Source: the human T2T-CHM13v2.0 reference genome, Homo sapiens. Taken from it: a DNA stretch of 64,000 bases. The stretch lies in NCBI RefSeq assembly GCF_009914755.1, contig NC_060941.1; one strand, 5' to 3'. Under the pieces are notes generated by a model. That model did not search any database, was not told the origin of the DNA, and saw nothing but the letters and a program-made list of their open reading frames with translations. Position numbers and translations under genes: made by a program. Positions 46,603 to 64,000 of the stretch are shown here, in pieces; position 1 is the stretch's first letter, and each line of letters opens with the position of its first letter.

Positions 46603-47566
46603 AATCTCTCCCAAACACTTTGTTTCTGTCCACAAAACCTAGTCCCTGTTCTGTCCAAAGCCTTCTTCCAGACTCCGTTAGGACCCAGAAGAGTGCGTTT
46701 CTCTTCTAGAGGCTCGGGAGAAGTTAGGAGTGAAGAGTAGTTCTGAGAAGTTGCTGTTGTCCACCTGAACTCCCAAGCAACCAGAGTCCGGTCCTTCCAA
46801 TCAGGAAAGTCGGAATCTCTGATGTCATCGGTCATTCCAAACTGGCAACTACTTTGAAGAAAAACACATGTAACTGCCAGACTGATCTCTTTTCTTGGAG
46901 ATCCGGGGTGAACGGTATCTCCTGGCAATGTCCCAACCTCTGAGCATTGTCCAAAAGCATCCTCAGGGTCTCCACATTCCTCTTTTCCCTGTCCCAGCAG
47001 AGGCTGTGTCCTCTCCACTCTAAACTTGAGGGGGTGTTGGGCTCTCCTCCCCGCTTCTCCTTCCCATTTCAGAGTCTAGTCTGGTGAGAGAGGGAGGAAG
47101 GTGGAAGGAAATTTAGGGTAAGCAGAATGATGAGTCCTTCCAAGAGTGAGATTAACATATACAGGAGATCCTGGGTAAATTGACTTGTTGAATGGAGACG
47201 TTACGTCGAAGTACTCAATGTGGCAAAGCTTTTTTGCTGAATGTTTACTGATATTCACTATCCTGGATCCTATAGTAGGGGAACATGCATCCTTTGCTCT
47301 CAGGCATCTTTGAGTCCAAGAGACATTTTGAGGAATGAAAATCACAGGAGACTGTCCATGGTTTCGTACAGATTTTCAATGGTGTCCACAAGTTCAGGGC
47401 ATCCATGGATCACCTAAAGCCTGCCCTCCAGTTCAGCTAAGGAACTCTGGTCTATATATCAACTATTACAACATATCTATTTCACTTGACCCCAAAATTT
47501 GCCTACTATTTATGTATTTTATGAATAAAATATCCTGTGTATAAAAAGACTAAGGGGAAAAATCTC

Positions 47567-49320
<1,754 letters not shown>

Positions 49321-49336
49321 ACACTAAAAATTTTCA

Positions 49337-54045
<4,709 letters not shown>

Positions 54046-55539
54046 AATTATGTTATTTTTTAATTACAAAGCTAATAAGTGACTACATTCTCATTATACA
54101 TCATTCGAACAATAGAAATACATCTGGAGCCCTATTTGTCCACCACCGAATCCCGTTCCCAGAGGTGACCGTGCATTCAACAAATACTTATGTCGAGTAT
54201 CTGTGATGGGCCTGATGCTCTTCTGGGCTAGGGATGCAGCAGTGAACAACACAAGCTCTTCACTGTTATGGAAGTGGGAGGAGGAAACAACCAATGAACA
54301 GTGACCATGGGTGGGGAGGTATGGGGAATTGAGATAAAGGAACCAGTCAGTGCCCACAGACACAAGTACCTCCCATAAAACCTTCTCACGGGGTTGCTGA
54401 TCCTCCAGGCCTGTGGGCACAGGGCCTAGGCCCTATGAGCTTCTTGGGAGCCTATACCAGTGTTTCCAGCTTGAAAATAATCGCTGGCTCTAAAATGCAA
54501 AAAGGAAGCCACAAAATAAAGAATACATGTTTAATTAGATGCTTACAAATGTTAACACACCAGCTTCATGAATTGCTAACTTTAGCATTCATACAACATT
54601 TCACACATTTGAAAGTAATCTGTGGATTTAATTTCCTCACTTCCCGAGAATTCCCAATTATGCACAGATTTTTTGGGGAAAAAAGCTAAGCAAATTGTGA
54701 ATTAAATGAGTTACTCAGACAAATAATTTCAAAAGCAAAATTAGAAAAATCTTTTTGCCTTTTTTTCCTCCCAAATTATTTTTAATGTCGATGAAAGTGA
54801 ATTTTAATCTGTTTGTTATGGCAACGTTTAGGGCTTAGTTAAGTTTGCTGCAGGGTTAGGTTGTCTAAAGATGGCCCCAGTGGGTTTTCAATAATACAAC
54901 GGTGCAAGGCCGGTGGCCTCCCTGAACCCAACCATCTTTTCATGGAATGATTCTATGATTCCATTTTGGCAGTTTGCTGAGGCTGAGGAAGACAGGACCC
55001 CTCAGAGGCAGTTTCAAGGGCCACTCTCAGGGAAAGGATGAGGCAGAACACTGGTTGTACTCATCTCACTGGGCAGTCATGCCTAAGTCTGGTCTTGGAG
55101 ACCAGCCTCAAACCTCAGCCTGTGCTGTGGCTTGTCCCTGACATGTTAAATGGCCTCCTGTTCTGTTTTCATGACCAATTTCCCAATGCTGGGATTACTC
55201 AGAAGAGAACTCCCACTGGTCCAAACTAACAGCTCTGCTAGGCAGTAGCTGAAATAACGCCTTTCCTTCTGACCTTGAGTGTTCTGGAACTGTGGCTCTC
55301 TGCCTTCACCAGGAAGCTGACCGATGCTCTAGGTCCACATATGGAAGTGACTGCTAGTGACCTCTTCATCTAGAAAGACATAAGTGGGTAAAAGGAAGCT
55401 TCTTATGCTCTGCCCCAACTTATTCCATCCATTTTCTTTTTCTCCTTGCCCAGACCCCTTCAGCGAGGACAACTTTCTTTTATCTGAAGCATTTCAATAG
55501 TCATACTTCTCAGTCTTCAGACTTCAAATTTGATTCTCT

Positions 55540-55866
55540 TTTATTTATTTATTTATTTATTTATTTTTTGAGACAGCATCTCATACTGTTGCCCAGGCTG
55601 GAGTACAAGTACAGTGACGCAATCATGGCTCATTACAGCCTCGACCTCCCTGGGTTCAGGTGATCCTCCCACCTCAGCCTCCCGAGTAGCTGGAACTACT
55701 GGGATACGCCACCACAAAAAAATTACAAATTTTTTTTGTATTTTTTGCAGAGGTGGGGTTTCGCCATGTTGCCCAAACTGGTCTTGAATTTGCAGCCTCA
55801 AGGAATCCTCTTGTCTCAGGCTTCCAAAATGCTAGGATTACAGGTATGAGCCACCTCGCCCGGCCC
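55540..55866 (-). mobile_element. AluJ
   Basis: Alu consensus; TSD caaatttgatt. Confidence 0.85.
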
Positions 55867-56687
55867 AAATTTGATTTATAAAAAGAAAATGTTGCCCCCG
55901 AACACATCCCTATGTAGTGGAAGTGTACAGAATAACAAATTTAGCATAATAGTTACCATCTCCTGGTGATGGTGGAGGGAAGGACATGGCACCGGGGAGG
56001 CTTACTATATATTGGTAATGAGTAATAGTTTAGATTGAGCTCTGGGGACATGGTGCTTATTATTATTATGTGTACCTTTTGCTATATCTGCAATATTTAA
56101 TAATAAATTAAAAAGAAAATACTACAATTGCTTATATGGTGGTTAATCATTTTTGTCATTCTTCAGTCTTGGAGATTCTCCTCCAAATCTCGTTTCAATC
56201 AGTCGTTTTCCCTTTCTTTTGTGAACCTCGACTAACATCCTTCACCTTCTTATTTCCTGAAACTTGATTGACATTCCACCTTCTAAATGTGACATCCATT
56301 CTTGCTAATAACTCTCTCTTGTTGGGTATTCCCCCACTTTGTCTCTTTATCTCCTTGGAAACTGTGTAGTCTTAAAATATTTCAATGTTCCTTACCTGCC
56401 ACTTCTTCACTTACCACACAGAATCCCAGAATTGTGGAGCTAGAAACACCTGAGATCATCGACTCCAAGCTTTTCATGATAATAGAAGAAAAACAGTGGA
56501 GACTTGGAGATTAAACTTCATCTCCAGCAATGGCGAAGCTGGGAACTGAAATGAGGCTAACGTCAGGCTTCCTATGAGATTGTAACCAGGAAAGGGTCCT
56601 GTCCCTGGAGATGCTGCAGAAATGGGAGGGAGGTTGATCTCTGGAGGTTCCTCCAGAAGAGGAACAGATATTATGGATGGGGACTAG

Positions 56688-57194
56688 TGTGGGATACGAT
56701 GAGGTTTCTCTTCAAAAAATCTGATCAATCTTTTATTCTTTAATTTATAGTAACCCCCCCCCATTTTTCTCCCTTTTTCTGTTTTTTTCCTTCTTGCCTT
56801 TGTTAGATGCCCAGGCACGCCACAGTACCAGGTGTTATCAGTACCAGCTCACATTCCTTTCCTTATTTGGAAAGAGGACTAACTTTCTGGCTCATTACAG
56901 ACACCCCTTCCCCTTTCCCTCCACTTTCTTTTACGTGCCCACCCTATCTAAAAAAAAACAATGTTTAGCCAACCGGGATTAGTTTACATTGTACAACCCG
57001 ACCCCAGCCAATGGGGAAAGGGTAGAGGGCAGGACTTGCGTCAGGAATAAAGGCTCTCGTGCCCCTTTGTTCAGGTGTGCTCTCACGGCAACTGGCCAAG
57101 GAGGTACCCCTCTGCACAGAAGTAAAATTGCTTTGCTAAGAATCCTTTTTTCGTGTGTTCAATTTCCTTAGGATTTTGAGCATTATTCCTAACA
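56688..57194 (+). mobile_element. Solo ERV1 LTR, LTR10-like
   Basis: TG...CA termini; near-TSD CTAG/GTAG; CCAAT boxes, AATAAA TATA-like box and AGTAAA poly(A)-like signal. Confidence 0.6.
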
Positions 57195-57404
57195 GTAGGG
57201 GATGTCAGACTGTTGATCTGTCGCCTTCGTTTTGCCCTGGCAAGACCCCGGCACACCCTGTTGCCACTGTATGGCAAAAAAACAGCATTAGTCCAGGGCC
57301 AACTTAATGCCAACTCGGAGCAGCGAGGTGAGAAGGGAGCAGTGTTACAGCAGATACAAGGGCCCTCCAGTGGGAGAAGGCTGACTACGCCCTCTTCCAC
57401 AGGT

Positions 57405-57810
57405 GCTATAGACTGAATTGTGATCCCCCACCGCCACTCCCAAATTTGTATGTTGAAATCCTAATCCAATATGACTGTATTTGGAGACAGGGTCTTTAGG
57501 AGGTAATTAAGGCTATATGAGGTCATAAGGATTGGCCCTGATCTCATAGGATCAGTGTCTTTATGAGACACCGGAGAGCTTGCTTGCTCCCTCTCTCCGT
57601 GTTCACGCACAGAGGAAAGGCCATGTGAGCACACAGTGAGAAGGCAGCCATCTGAAACCCAAGGGAGAGCCCTCACCAGACACCGTTCCGGCCGGCACCT
57701 TCATCTTGGACTTCCCAGCCTCCAGAACAGTGAGAAATAAATGTCTGTTATGGAAGCCACCCAGTCTGTGGTATTTTGTTACAGCAGCCTGAGCAGATGA
57801 ATATAATGGA
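57405..57810 (+). mobile_element. MLT1A/B-like MaLR LTR
   Basis: tgctatagactgaatt...gtattttgttacagcagcc. Confidence 0.75.
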
Positions 57811-58099
57811 ACAGGCAGTTGCAACAGAGGGAGGCAGCCCTTGGAAAAGAATAATATCTGAGAAAGAGGCTCTGGAAGATTTGCTGAGGAAAAGTATTGC
57901 CTGATTTGGGGAGACAAAAGGGAAGTGGTTGGTTTCAGACTGCAACACCAGAGGCTCTCTCAGTCGACACATATGCATTGGCAGCCAATGTAGTTGGTAG
58001 TCCCAAGGACAAGAACTCACAAGGAAAAAGAACGGGATGTCTGAGGAGGGCAACGGTCATATGAAGGGCAACGGTCATATGAGAAAGATAAATGGAACA

Positions 58100-64000
<5,901 letters not shown>

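Overview
Repeat-rich primate genomic DNA (human or great ape; about 45 Alus plus L1, L2, MIR, MER5 and LTR remnants), recognisable as the 17p13.1 CCDC42-SPDYE4 region. Two intact minus-strand genes were rebuilt exon by exon from GT-AG sites: CCDC42 (7 coding exons, 32671->18208, 316 aa) and SPDYE4 (6 coding exons, 46602->41353, 237 aa, plus a 3'-UTR exon to about 39070). Structure the genes do not explain: (1) a solo LTR12C whose poly(A) signal has been replaced by a perfect CAG|GTAAGT splice donor just downstream of an intact NF-Y/GATA/TATA promoter; (2) SPDYE4 bracketed by ~3.3-kb direct repeats 14.2 kb apart with patchy identity; (3) an SPDYE4 3' UTR built from a ~430-bp tandem duplication, each unit carrying a U6 snRNA 5' stem-loop remnant plus CPE/Pumilio-type motifs; (4) a candidate in-frame alternative last exon of CCDC42; (5) a cluster of non-TE templated copies (perfect 87-bp direct repeat, ~128-bp inverted repeat); (6) a chain of phase-compatible exon-like segments that may be a decayed gene downstream of CCDC42. 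Gene names and repeat subfamilies come from recalled sequences, not from a database search. Repeat boundaries are approximate.
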